64,000 nt of DNA from Camelus dromedarius (lineage: Eukaryota). Below are positions 29,572-43,663 of the stretch, piece by piece (positions within the stretch are counted from its first letter, which is position 1; the number at the start of each line of letters is the position of its first letter). The stretch is from contig NC_087436.1 of assembly GCF_036321535.1 (NCBI RefSeq), positions 45,696,001-45,760,000 on the forward strand, in the 5' to 3' direction. A program made the translations under genes and the position numbers. The notes under the pieces are model-generated. The model was not told where the DNA came from. It did not search any database and saw nothing but the letters and a program-made list of their open reading frames with translations.

Positions 29572-29842
29572 TCAGTGATGTTTTATCTGATTTAGACAAA
29601 ACACTTCCCTATGACAAACAGCACAAGCAGAATTAATTTTTAAGTCTTGCTTTTACATTTTAAATAAATAACATTGTGTAGAGAATAAAGAGTTCCTGTA
29701 GAGGTTCACAATTAATTTTGTAAATCATTTTCTCCACAAATTGATTGTAGGAGATGAACAATGCCAGATTATGAAAAAATAACTATTTGAAGAGAAAGAC
29801 ACTTTCTAGCTTATCTATAAAGTGTTATTTCATGTTCAAAAA

Positions 29843-30119
29843 GAAAACAAACTTATGGTTACCGAGGGAAAACGGGACAGGGAGGAATAAATTGGGAGAT
29901 CGAGATTTGCAGATACTAACTACTATATATAGAATAGATAAACAGCAAGGTTCTACTGTATAGCATAGAGAACTATATTCAATACCTTGTAATGGTGTAT
30001 AATGAAAAAGAATATGAAAGGGATGTATATACGTATATATAAATGAATCACTGTGCTGTACACCAGAAATTAACACAACATTGTAAACCGACTATAATTC
30101 AATTTAAAAAAAAAAAAAA
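29843..30119 (+). mobile_element. L1 3' end fragment
   Basis: ACAAACTTATGGTTACC...ACACAACATTGTAAACCGACTATAATTCAAT plus poly(A). Confidence 0.85.
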
Positions 30120-33100
30120 GAAACCACCTACTGTATCCTATTGCAGAGAGAGACTGTATGAATGTAAAATTTAACTATGTAAATCAGAAGTAAAATTACA
30201 GATATTATCATTTTGGAAATGGATTTCCACCTCCCCTAGTCTTACCTTATGAACAGAGCCTCCAGCATAGTGACAGAAGATGGTGAAAACTAGAGGTCTT
30301 AAGTAGAAGCAGGAAAAATCGAAATGCTGTCCACAAAAGCGCTGAAATATTTTGTCCCTGTTTGCATTGCCACGTAAAATATAGGACTCCTGATTAAATC
30401 TGAATTGCATATGTATTGCATGGGACATCCTTACACTAAAATATTGTTCACTGTTTACCTGAAATTCAAAATTCAAGTAGTCAAGTGCCCTGTATTTTTA
30501 TTTGCCAAATCTGAGTGGCGGACCTCACTGAATTTCTTGATTCCTGCAGGGCCTTGCCCTGTATCCTAACCCTATACCTGGGGTCCTGTCCTGTTCCAGG
30601 TGATGGCCACCTACCCACTCTGACTCCCAAGTACTCAACACCTGCTTGGGAACCTGATATCTCTCTTTGGAAACCTCAGCACAGGCCAGCTCCACACACA
30701 GCTTGCCTTTGATGTTCTAAGATGATCGATATCAGTGGACAGTTTCATCCCTGCAGCCAGGTTAGTTTCCTTGGTCTTTACTGACTGAGGGTGAGGAGGC
30801 CTCTGCCACTGTGCCTTTCGATAACTGTTCCAGTTAACCACTGGGATGAGTGGGGGGTCGGAGAAGTCCTACATATTCTCACTGCCCTGTTGGGCTTACT
30901 CCATTCTGTTTTAACATTAAACTTTAATATTTTAATGTGACACACTGAATGTGTTTACTCTTCTAAGGATTTAAAAAGACGATGGACTAATATCCTCTTA
31001 CTCAGGGATTATGTTCTAGAGTCAGAAAACATTAGCTCCACTTCAGAGGATCTACTGGAATAGAGATGGAAGAGGAAGGGGGAAATGTAAGACTGTGAGA
31101 GTATGAAATAGGCACCAGCATAAATGTAGAAGAGAATTAGCTCAAATCTCTCTTCCGGTGTCTTTTCCACAACCCAAGACCCCCTGCACAGGCATGTAGG
31201 ACAGCCCATTCTCCATTGCCATTCTAACTGTAGAATCAGGGGTGTCATAGAAGAAATGGAAGAGGCATTAAACAGAGAGCCAGGAGGCTTGGTTTCCGGT
31301 CTTGGCTCCACTAGTTTCTTGGACATCTCACAGGACCTCCCCAGCCCGTATCAGAGCACTATTGGGGAAAGAAAATGAAATTAGAGGTATGGAAGTACTT
31401 TGTGAGGCACAACACAAATAAAATTTACCATTGCTTATTCCCACAACCAAGGTCTCACTGTGTGGGGTTGTGCCAACGTTCAGATTTGAACCCATGGACT
31501 AGAGTGTTGCTATAACTCATTTCTCCTATAGCAGTGTACCAGGGAGAAAAGGAAGGCAGAGGAACAGACACCCTAAACAGGTAGCTACTAACTTGTGGGC
31601 TACAGATTGCTGCTGGCCTGTGGATTTATTGCCAGGAGACCTTTCTTTGAAATGGGTATCATACATTCTATAGAAATTGAATATATGTGCTCAACACATA
31701 TTTAATTTTCTAATGCACTGATACATTGATGAAACCAATAAAATATTTGATTCATTCCAAATCATTACTAAATGGGAAGTTTCCAGGTTAAAAAAGGGAA
31801 AAGGAAAGGCACTCTAAACATTTCAGACAGTACACAACATATTGCTTTGTACATGATGAGTACCCCAAATATTTTATTAATTAATAAATGAAGGAAGAAA
31901 TCACTGTATTTTGCTTATTCACCTGGGCTCTTTACCAATAAGAACAAAGCCACAGACACTAGCAGATCTATCAAATTCTAAAATCAGAATCTATCCTATG
32001 GCAGTTATTTTACTAAACAACAACAACAACAATAATAATAACAGCAAACTTTCACATCCTGATCTCATTTATCCTTAATATAATACCATGGGCTAGATAG
32101 GCCAGATATTATAGTCAATGAATCAAAGAGAAGAGAAATTTGAAAAATACTTAGATCCATAAAACACAAACCATAGCATTAACTTCAATAGATTTTCAAA
32201 AAAACCAAATATTTATAGAAATATTAAGTATGAATCACTAATACATTTTATCTTCAGATTTTCTCACTCACTCATGTTGTAGCATCCAGAGTTTCATCAT
32301 AGCCTCTTAAAACTGGAATACCCTAGTCATTACCTAGTTCAGTTTTTCCCAAAATCGTTGGTTCAAAAGAATCACACAGGGTGCTGTGTGTTTGTGCATC
32401 TTTTACAGATCCCTTCCCTGGAGATTCCAATTCAGTAAGGCTGGGCTGAGGACTATGAATCTGTTTTTTGACTAGACAATCCAGGTGATTCTTATATCTT
32501 GGTGGATTTGGAAATAATAGCTCTAGTTCAGATGAGGAAATTCAGTGATGCTTCCCAAAGTCCCACCGAGAGTTGGTGGTAGAGTTGGAATTCGAACCCA
32601 GATACTCTCCTCCCAGTTCACTACTCTTTTCTCCCTTGGTCTGGGTTGTTATGTGTCAAGACCTTACAATCTTCATTTTACTTCTATAACTGATTTTAAC
32701 TCCACTTCCATCAAAACATTGTTCCTACAATGTCAGCATCACTTTGTGTAAACCAGGGCTGGGCTAAGTATATGTGAAAATGAACAATAATATGATATAA
32801 AAGAAAATGAAAGACTGAGAATTAAGCCTGGTGAAAGTCATTAGTCTGTACTACCGCTAGAAATGGTAAGTACGTTAGTGTTTTTTCAGACCTGTCAAAG
32901 ACTACACACACCAGTGTGTGGTACAATCAGTGGATTTGAATGTCAGCAGGGTGTGCATGTTTGAACAGCTAGACTTTCCTATGTCAAAACCTACAGCATT
33001 TGTTTTGGGTGCAGTTCGGTGAGAGGGACGTGCCCAGAAAATCAAACCACTTCTAAGGAGTACGGACCCAAAGACAGCAAGCAAGTCAAGCAAATCAACT

Positions 33101-33948
33101 GGAACCTCTGACTTCTCAACCTGGGGATTCGCAGGGGATCTTGAGGAATTAGAAAGGAGCCCAGAATGTTTGGAGCACATTGAAGGTTCCTATTAGTGAC
33201 TGCAAAGAACCCAGGCCTCTGTGGCACAGAGGGCAATTATGAAAAGCAGGCTTTGACTGAAGCGGCAGGTGGGGTGGCAGAAACAGAATATTTCACAACC
33301 AGCATCTCCTCATCTGCTCTGAGTCTGGGAGAGTGACCCCCACACAGGTAAGTGAGAAGAAAAATTGTCTTCTTCAGGCCTTGGGGGCAAAAGCTCTTGG
33401 GATCTAGTTACCACATAAACGATACTGGCAACCAGATTAACAAGACATCTTAGTCTTCTCTCAGGCCTTCACTACCACCTGCCCTCACCACCCCGGGTTC
33501 CCTGCTCTGAATCTGGAGACAGACTGAAGAAGGCTCACAGGGCAAAGAGAGAGAAAACGGAGCTCTGGACCCTCTGAATTCAGGATACCATGAGAAAGGA
33601 ATATAGACTCAAACTGATGGGCCCAGTACAGGAAAGCCTGACACCTCCGCACCTGCTCCTACCGCAGGCCCCTGATAGGGGCCACCTATTCCTGCCTCCC
33701 AAGGGGGATGACTTGAATGGTATCTGGATTTTATTACATGCAGAAAGTTTTATTTTGCTCTAAAAGACTATCCTCATCTCCTTTTTTCAATGACAGGACT
33801 TAAAAAGCCAACACATTTACCTTCTGGGCAATTCCAGCTTTCTTCTCAGTTGACTCACTAGTGTAAAATTCAGGGTAGGTGAGAGAGAAGCCAGGTGATT
33901 CAGAAATAATACATCCAGAAAGATGAGCCAGGAGATAGGAACTTAAAT

Positions 33949-34462
33949 TGTTACTGAACCAAACTTTGGTCCACTCACCCACTTGCAGTAAAGCCAATCT
34001 ACTAACACTGGGTTGTGGTGAAGGAAAGTGCAGCATTTATCATAGGGCTCCACACAAGGACTCTGGGACAGCTAGTGCTCAAAAGCCCGAACTCCCAGAT
34101 GGGTTTCAGCAAAGCATTTTTTAAAGGAAGTTGAGGGAAGGATGTCCCTGGGTCTGTGATCAGCTCATGCACAATTCTCTGGTTGATGGTGAGGTAACAG
34201 GGCAGTGTCACAGGGGTTAACATGATCAATTCTTAGGTGCCAGTAGGTCTGGGGGCTTCGTGCTCATGGTCACCAAGTAGTTAACTTCTTCCATTTGGTG
34301 GGAGTTTTAGGAACTGTGAAACAACTCAGGAAATGTGCATCAGATACTGCTATCTACCTCCTTCAGAGAGGAGCTAAAGCAGAGGATATGGGGGAGGGGT
34401 CTTTTCCCCCTACCCCCCTACCCTCAACCCTGGGAGGTCCCGTGGGGTCCTGCTTGGTTACA
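33949..34462 (-). mobile_element. Solo LTR (ERV1-like, 4-bp TSD) in intron 1
   Basis: TGTTAC...GGTTACA termini, TSD AAAT on both sides; orientation inferred from U5-like end and poly(A)-signal position on the minus strand. Confidence 0.85.
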
Positions 34463-35249
34463 AAATCTTAATCTGTAGGGAAAGCTCTGGGGCTCAGTGT
34501 TGCTTCCTGAAAAATGTGAATGAGAGTTGCCACCCTAGTCCCTGAGTGGTGGTAGACATGTGTCATCCAGAGCAGAAAATAGCCCCTTCCTGACCCTCAA
34601 CCACGTTCTCCTTAGCAAGCTAAAGAGGATCTATTACCAGGTCCTCAGGACAGTAATTGATGCTGGCGAGTTCTACAAAATTAAACTTGTTCTTTTCATC
34701 AGAAGGGCTCAAAATCTTTGACATGCTATTATGCATTTTGATTCTCCAAGAAGGTAGGTGGTGAATATCTTCAGAATAGTAACAGTCAACATCTTGAGTG
34801 TTTTCTGGAATAGCACATTAAATGCATTATTTCATTCAACTGGGTAACATTAGGAGGTAGGTGCTCTGGCATCTTCATTTTACAGAAGAAGAAACTGAAG
34901 TTTAGAGCTATTAACTTGCCACAAGTCACATGCCCAATAATTAACCAGGTGGGGATTTCAAGCCATATCTTTCTGATCACAGATACTAGCTTTTAAGCAT
35001 CATGCTTACTCCGAAATGAATTTACCAGGAACTCTTATTGTTTAGCATCTTGTAGTTCAGCTCTGTCAAGGAACCCACTTCAAGAAACATTGTTTTAGGC
35101 ATCTCACCGAAAGGCTGGATTCTCTGCATCTGTCCATGTTCCAGGAACTAATTAGGAAGTGGGTCTCTTTCAATGGATTCCTATAATTCCATCACCTGGA
35201 TAATTTATATGTAATTCTATAATACATTGCATCCTATATAATGTACTCC

Positions 35250-35523
35250 TGCATTCCTTGACTCATGGCCCCTTTCTCCATCTTCGAGGCCAGCAGTGTA
35301 TCATCTTCAAAAGTCTCACTGCTTCCATAGGCTTCTTCCTCCTTAGAAATTCTGGCCTCCCTCTCATAAGGATGCTTGTGATTACATTTAGGATCCACCT
35401 GGATAATTCAGGCTAATCACCTCACCTCAAGATCACATTTGTGAATTCCCTTTTGCCAAGTAAGTCACAAGTTCCAGGAATTAAGATTTAGATATATTGG
35501 GGGGCCATATTCAGCCTAAAACA
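35250..35523 (-). mobile_element. MLT1 (ERVL-MaLR) LTR fragment
   Basis: GCATTCCTTGACTCATGGCCCC...GGGGGCCATATTCAGCCTAAAACA resembles the MLT1 5' end in reverse. Confidence 0.7.
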
Positions 35524-35524
35524 G

Positions 35525-36165
35525 TTAATAATGTTGAATATCTTTTCATGGACTTATTTATCATCCTTATAACCTTTCATGGACTTATTTATCAACCTTA
35601 TATCTGTTTAAGTCTTTTGCTCATTTTTAAAGTAGGTTATTTATCTTCTTATTGTTGCATTTGAAAGGTTTTGAAAAAAATATATGTTCAATACAAGTCC
35701 TTTGTCAGACATGTGCTTTGCAAATGTTTTCTTCCAGCAAGCAGCATGTCTTTTCATCCTCTTGACAGTGCCTTTGGTAGAGAAAAGTTTTAATTTTGAT
35801 GAGGTACAATTTATCAATTTTTTTCTTTTGTTTATCTTGCTTTTGGTACCATTTCTTAAGAACTCTTAACCCCAGGACACAAAGATTTCTATGTTTTCTT
35901 CTGAAAGTTTTAGACTTTTACACCTTAAATTTAGTCTATGATCATTTTGAGTTAATCTTTTTGTATAAGGTGTGTGGTTTAGGTTGAGTTTCATTATTTT
36001 ATTCGTAGATGTCTAATTGATTCAATGTCATTTGTTGAAAAGACTATCCTTTCTCTATTGAATTGCTTTGTCAAAGATCAAATGACCACATTTATGTAAC
36101 TCTATTTCTGGACTTTCTAGTCTGTTTCATTAATTTATGTGTCTATTGCTTGGCTAATACCACAG
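35525..36165 (-). mobile_element. Old L1M fragment (antisense)
   Basis: T-rich L1 antisense motifs such as TTTGTTGAAAAGACTATCCTTTCTCTATTGAATTG. Confidence 0.7.
35544..35604. repeat. 31-bp tandem duplication within an old L1
   Basis: TTTCATGGACTTATTTATCA(T/A)CCTTATA x2. Confidence 0.9.
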
Positions 36166-36780
36166 CTCAGTATAACTTTAAAAAAAAAACCTCATAATAA
36201 TGCAGTTTTGCAGAACAGTGAATGCTGTTGGAAGGTTCCTGTGCTGTAGATAATCTTTCATCTTAAATAAGCATGTTTAAATATCCCTCAGCTTTCAGCA
36301 TAAATTACACTCAATTTTATTTAAAGACTAATGTTACCAGACTAAAATGCATTCCCCAACACTAAAGCATCAGAAAAGTTTTTCCAGATGTTTCACACAC
36401 ACGGCAAGACTCAGAAATCACTATCTTGACCTGTTCTCCGAGTTTTGTCCCTATATTCTCCACTCTCTGCTGGGCATTTCCAGTTGCAGATGTCCCAAGC
36501 CCCAAAAGTCCCTCTGCATGTTAAAAATTAGTTTACACAACACCTTCTGATTCATTTGCATTTATTGAGAAGATTGAATTTGATATAGGAATTTAAAAAT
36601 TTGGTCTAAAATTCAATATGTTTTAATATTTAGTCTTTGATAACCATTACAGACCAAAAAAAAAAAAAGATAATTCACAATTATATCTATATCAAATACA
36701 AGAAATACTTCATTGGCTATATTTGCAAAATCACAACTAGTTTTTCAACTAGCCTAGCAAATTTCTGCCTTCTTGTATTT

Positions 36781-36849
36781 AAAAAAAATTTTATTCAAGT
36801 ATAGTCAGCTTACAATGTTGCATCAATTTCTGTGGCACAGCATAATGTT
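36781..36849 (-). mobile_element. Short L1 tail
   Basis: TSD CCTTCTTGTATTT at 36768-36780 and 36850-36862. Confidence 0.75.
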
Positions 36850-39311
36850 CCTTCTTGTATTTTAATCAATAAATGCAAACTAACCAGAAGGTGTTGCATT
36901 TTATATTTTCAGCAAATGGAACTGAAGAGACAAAAATTCTTTCTTTAGAATTTTTAAAAAATAGTTTGAAAAATTCTATTTATAGGAATTTTTTAAGAAC
37001 GTAGACATGAGAGTTTTTAATAAGTAATACATTGACATTGACTCAACAACCAAATCACATAGCAATAGAAACATTACCATCATCAGTTTTCAAACTGCTC
37101 TCTCCATCATAAATTTTCTACCACCAGCAAGTCACTTTCTCACTCATTATTAGAATATCACCTTTAACTGGGAGGGATAAAATTCTGTTGTTTTAGTTAT
37201 TTTTTGAGTAGTATACCAGTGACATCTATTTATCATCACAGAAAAGATCAAAGAATCTGAAACACTTGTCCCTTTTTAAAAAGAAAAAATATGTAGCATT
37301 TGATTGTTCTCATAAGATACTCTGCAGGAAGCAGGTGTGACAAATATGTTCATGGTTACTCTTCATTCAATACAAAGTATTACAAGGAATCTAGTTTAGT
37401 CTTGTAATAAAAACAAGGAGAGATGACACCAGTGACATCCCACAGCACTTTGTGCAATATCAGTTTCAGCGTCTTTTCCCTGAGAGACTGTGGTGAGCTG
37501 TATTATAGGGCCCTCTGTCATCTCACCCAAGAATCCTTTTTGTTGATGGTCCAGGAAATATAGTGGCTCCACTGCCACTGAGTACATGTATACTTTTTTT
37601 CATGATAGATTTGTTAATATAGAAAGAAGCCATGAACTATTAAGAAAATGTCTTCTCTGGTGTATTTTTCCTTTACTGGCTACCGAAAAAGTATCTCAGT
37701 TCCTTGTGCATTTCATTGTTGAAATAGAGAGGCAAATATAAGAGTGGCTAGGATCACTGGCACTGAAGACAGAACATCCATGTTGACTCTTTATTGGCTC
37801 CACCATTAATTAGCTGTCTGACCTTCAGCTCATTACTCAACCTCTCTGTGCATAGGTGTCTTCATCTTGGAAATGGAGATGATAATAGGACTTAACTTAA
37901 TAGAATTATTATGAAGACTAAATAAATTAATTCATGCCAAGGCCCTAGACTTTTCTCTGACATATACTGAGTTCTCAGTAAATGTTCACTATTAGTTTCT
38001 CAGAAATACCATAAGATGAGATATATCAGAAACACCTTCTACTCTCACTCAAACTGTATAATTTTTCTAATACTTATTTCTTTAAAATTTTAGTAATGCT
38101 TTCTGTGAAGTTTTCAGTAGTGTTTGCTGAAAAAAAGAACACAATTAATCTGTGGTCACGTGGTTTTCTGTGTATTATTTTAGCATGTTTCACCATGGCA
38201 GGGGAGTAGGATGCTATGATGTCAAAAATCTCAAGGGAGCCTTCTAACTTTTTATCAGTAAGCTTAGTAAATGTAGTCTGAAACATCATAACTTTGAACA
38301 CAACTGTGAAAATCATAAAAAGTTATTTTCACATTCTGGATATTCATTCTTAAATATATTGCTTGTTCTGATGGCTTCATGTTACCATTAGCTATCGTTT
38401 TGAGGCAAATCTTATACTTGTTGCAAGCTTATCACTAATAATAAGCATAAATCCATTTTTTAGGATATCTTCTTGTTAATTTCTTTTTTGCCTTGTTTTT
38501 TTGTCAAATCTAAATGTTTTTATCCTTTATTCAGCCAACAAAGAACTTATTCTAGTAATAAAGGGTCAGTTCCCTCATTATCCTCTTGAGGTTGCATTAT
38601 TAGCATTGTTTGCCATCTTTACTTTCTTTGCAGAGGGTTTTGAAGCCACTTGTTAAATTGTGTAGGAGTTAGTTTTGATAAAATCAACTAATATGGTCCA
38701 TATGTCATCAGGTAAACTGCACACCTCACCCTCTAAGCTGGGAACCTCCCTGTCCCCTCAGGATACCCTAGGTGATTGGACCCACCCATCATCACTCTCA
38801 GTCTAAACACGTAAATGATGTTGAATAAATATTTGTTGAATTGATCTGAATTAATTCATTGGTGTCATTGGTGCCTTAATAAAAGAAAATCTTAGTCCTA
38901 CATTCAAAGTGCTTCCAACATAGAGAGCTAGTAGGAGACTTTCCCTAAACCAACTTAACATTATTAATACTTTTCAATAGAAAGAAGTAATGAAATATTA
39001 CATCGGTAGGCTTTCAACAAACAATCGTGGCAGGAAGCATACACTTGGTAAGTTTTGTAGAATAGGAGTTGAGGGTCCCGAGTTCTAGTTCTGTTAGAAT
39101 CCTGATGAGTCACTTCATCTCTCTGGATTTCAGCCTCTCATCAGTAACATGAGGCAGTTGGCTAGATGATTTTGAAGGTCCTTTCTAATCTAACATTTAT
39201 CAGCTCAATTCCTAACCTGCCTGTCTTACACAATTCAGTAGTTTCCTTGTTTGCAGCATTTTTGTATAGAAGCCTAAGCTTGTGATAAATCCATAAACAG
39301 ATCTTATTCAT

Positions 39312-39432
39312 TTTGGGGGGGCTGGGAGGTAATTAGGTTTGTTATTTATTTTTAGAGGAGGTACCTGGAATTGAACCCAGGACCTCGTGCATGCGAGGCA
39401 TGTACTCTACCACTTGAGCTATCCCCTCCCCC
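39312..39432 (-). mobile_element. Vic-1-like tRNA-derived SINE
   Basis: SINE body in reverse; perfect TSD CAGATCTTATTCAT at 39298-39311 and 39433-39446. Confidence 0.9.
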
Positions 39433-41207
39433 CAGATCTTATTCATCTCAACCCCGATTTTCTGTGAAATGTTTCTTTCTCCCTGCTTCTCTAAACTTCA
39501 AATACCAAATCAATACTATGTCATTATAAGCTCTGCTACAGAAATAAAACAGTAACCTAAAACAAACAACCTCCCCCAAATGACATCAAAAGCTCAACTC
39601 TCTGAAAGAAGTCTACAAAATTAATCACTTGATTAAACCTGTAAAAATGTATTAATGGTACAAAATTTGGTGTTGGTCTCATTTATAACTAACACAATTA
39701 TCTTCTCCTTTTACTACTTTACAAGAATGTTCCTCAAATTGCAATTTTGTTATTAAACAAATAAATATTTGCCTATAGATACCTCATTCTGAGTGTTTTA
39801 GACAAACAGACACAAAAGTAAATGAAGTACTGGAATTCAGGTTTTTCCTGAGTCCAATTCTGTTGTTCTTATTAATCCCACTCTGACCAATGCTAATTTC
39901 TGGGCCTTAGCTCTGTCTATTGCTATACAAATACAGAGGAAAAAAATACTTCATATAATTTCCTTGGAATGTTAAAGGCATATGTGACAAGCCATAAGAA
40001 TAATTACTTACAAAAGATAATTAATTGGGGATTCTGTGCCATACATTATCACCCAAAATAGAAACAAATCACAGAGAATACCCTGGGTGAGATGATTGCT
40101 AGGACTTGGCTCATGCCAAAAAACCAACTTCAGATTTCTCTAATTGTTGAAAATTTGAAGAAATAGGTATTAGAAAAATTGCACTAAGCAAAGGTGTTTC
40201 TAATACACCTCAGGCTATGGTATTTGGTAGAGTAACAGCTAATATTGACAGGGAACTCACTATGTACCAGGCAAGATCCTAAGCACCTTATAAGAATTTA
40301 GTCTTTGTAACAATCCTGTGAGGTAAGTACTAGCAACCCATTTCAGCTACAGAATTGGACCTTATCAATTTCAAAAGCTGAGGCTTAACAGTACCTGCTG
40401 GGTACGGAGCACTGACTAGGAGTGAGAGAGTGCCTTTGTGCAAGGCAAGGCCACAAGCAAGCGGGACACTGGAACCACACCTGTCCCAAACCGTGCCAGT
40501 TTTTCCTGTGATGAGATCAGTCCACTTGTGTAAAGCACCAATCACAATTCGCTCTGTCTAAAATGTATTCTTTGTTTGAAAAACGGCATGTTATCCTGTC
40601 TATGGAAAGTAATAAAACCCGGTCATTTCTTATGCGTTAACACAGCCTACATCAAAGAGGGATATCCATGCAGAGGGTGTGTCAGTTCAGTTTTCTGTTC
40701 CAGAAGAGAATACATTAATATTGAAAGACAAGCTCCTACTGTCCTCTCAGAGGCATTGCTGGGTACTTTTTAAAGGCGTTGAGATTCACAACGGAAATTT
40801 TTCTTCACATACCTTATTTTTTCCCTTTTATGTGAAATGTTTGCCATGATCCATTAGAATAGCCAAAAACAGAGAAGATTCAGAAATTCTTTCAAATATG
40901 TTTTTCAAAATAGTAAGATTTTTGATCCCCTTAGAGCTTTTAAAATTCTCAACAATGTTGCTTCAATCTAAAAGATACACATTTCCACACACTGGGTAAA
41001 TCAACATTAATGATAATAACCTTCACAATTTCTCTGCAAACCAGGGAAAGATGAAATTCCTTTGCGTTGAAACTCCAGTGGTAAACAGAATAATCGTGTC
41101 CTTCAGAGGGAAGGAGAAAAACACCAGAAGATCCCTGGTAGCTTCTGCCTCTGGGTATGTTTTTAAACCTCATAAGGGAAGGACTCAAAATGCAGAGAAT
41201 TCAAAAT

Positions 41208-41369
41208 GGGGAGGGTATAGTTCAAGTGATGGAGTGCATGCTTAGCATGCACAAAGTCCTGGGTTCAATTCCCAGTACCTCCTCTAAAAAAATACTAAAT
41301 CTAATTACCTCTCCCCTCCCCCACCAAAAAAAAAGAGTGCCAGCTATAAAACTAAACTTGGATTTTTAA
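41208..41369 (+). mobile_element. Vic-1-like SINE with extra 3' sequence
   Basis: SINE body 41208-41334; TSD AAAATGCAGAG(A/G)ATTCA at 41187-41203 and 41370-41386. Confidence 0.85.
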
Positions 41370-43554
41370 AAAATGCAGAGGATTCATGTCAGCGGCCATG
41401 TACTATGAGTGCTGAGCTGGATGTATCTCTCACCTTTTGACCTGTTTATACAAGGATAGTCTATGGAAGAAGAAAGATGCTTCAAGCTTCTGAAATTTTA
41501 ACCAGAAAAGTATTGACATGAACAAAATAAAATACTATTTCTCAACCAACACACCATAGGCTAAAGAACAAGACAGCTGCCATGAAGTTGTTAGGACTGT
41601 CTGTATCCTAGCAACCAACCACCCACAAAAAGAACCACCTCCTGAATGAAATCCACTTACTACCCACAAAGCTGGTCCATAGCACCCTGAGAGGTGGTGC
41701 TGAATGGAGGAAGAAGATAGTGCTTTTCTCTGAAAGGCCTCTTCTATCCTATCACTAGGAGGGGGGTTGCAAATAAATCAGTGCACACCATGAATCACTG
41801 TCATACTCACACAAACTCCAGTGTACTAAGTATCCTGGGAAATACATGGGAAACCCAGACTGAGAGACATTAGCATGGTTGACGAGGCTTGGGAGAATCC
41901 GAAAATCAAGGTCGTAAGTGAAAACAGATGCACACACCAATTCAAACTCCAGGCTTAGAAAGAAGGTCAAGAGGTTATGAGAGCAGAAGTTCCCACCTAG
42001 TATTTGGCTAAAATGACTGAAGTTTCTATACATAACTAAATTCTAGCATCAAAGGAAAGTTTTGAACGACAATGTTAAGGAAAAGAACTCCACAAGAAAG
42101 ACATATTTACACGCATTATTCCACAACTGTCCTCAGAGGTTAGTAACACTGGCTGTGTAAAAATAAAATTAAAATAAAATAAAATGTTTTCAGATATATC
42201 AAACTCTCTCAAGAAGTACAAAGGTCCCTTCTGTTTAATGTAATTTTTTCTTCTTTGGCACTTGACAAAAACATCACTCATCCTTCCAAGCCCAGATCTC
42301 AGTCATCTGCTTGTTGTGGGTCTCAGTAAATGGGACAGCTGGGGATGTAACTGGAATGATGGTATGCAAAGCCATTATTTATTAACATTATTGTTAAGGA
42401 AGAATCTCTACCAAACAAGTCTGAATTCCTGGTTCACCTAATATTACCACTCCCTTCATGGTGAGTAGTATTAGCATTCTGGATGAAAGTACTGACCTGT
42501 AGGCAAGAAGTAAATAGACAGTGGGGACAATTGGGCTCCAATGGTCAAAGTTTTTGTTGCTGCTGCTATTGTTTTTATTCCTGGTAAAGAACCAGGAGTT
42601 CTTTAAAGTTAATTCCAATTCTAACATTAGAAATATATAACTTAATGCAACTAACATTATGTTCCCTAGCTCTAAGATTGCTCAAGTTTCGAGTTACTAC
42701 TAAAGCTTAATTAAACATTAAACTGCTTTATGGAATTCGAGAGTTTCTTGAAAAATATTTAAGAATTCGTTGAAAGAAAGTACAGTTGTTTAAAACTGAC
42801 CTGCACATTCTGAAAAAGCTCTCTAGCTATTGAGGCTAATTACTGAGCCTTTCAATTTTTTGTCCGGAACAAGTTTACAAAACTACCTTCTTAAAATAAC
42901 TGCTGAAATATCTCAGATCAGGCATTGTACACATATTAGTAAGTTACTAGTTTCTGTCCCTATTCTTCCCCACCATAATCAAAGTGACTAGAAGGTTAGG
43001 AATGTTGAACAGATTTTAGACGACATTTTCCAGGTAAAGAATTTTTGTTATCCTTTCATCTTCAGTCAATGTTTGATTTTTTAACCCTGTCTGGATTAAG
43101 AGACAACATATAAATTAATCTAAATAAATTAGTACAAGAAAATCTACAGTCAATAACAAAAATAAGAGAGGAGACATAGTAATTGCTTCATAATCCAAAT
43201 TATTTGACCCTCCTAACTTTAGACCACCAACTCGGGAACATTCTGCCTCCCTCATCTTCACGCATTGGTGGCTGTCATCTTTCCTCCTCCCACCCTGGCC
43301 ATACCACGATGAAGTCACGGTGCTTGTGGAAGACGTCCCTCCAACCTGCCACTCACTGTACCACTTCACCAGAAAAAGCAGGACTGGCCTTTTTCACATT
43401 TTCCTCAGCACAGGTGAGATCAATCTCTTAACTTTTAACAAGACCTTCTTTACAGACTATTAGTAACAGAAGAGAAAAACAACCCACAGAATACCTTACA
43501 ATCACTGGCAAAGACCAGACCTGCTAAGGTCTCTTCTCAAACCGGTGCCCTGCC

Positions 43555-43663
43555 GGGGGAAGAGATAGCTCAGCGGTAGTTTCAATCCCCAGTACCTCCA
43601 CTTAAGAAATAAGTAGACAAATAAACCTAGTCACCTCTTCCCCTAAAAAAAATTTTTAAAAAA
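43555..43663 (+). mobile_element. Vic-1-like SINE with internal deletion
   Basis: A-box joined almost directly to B-box (GGTAG|TTTCAATCCCC); typical tail. Confidence 0.75.
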
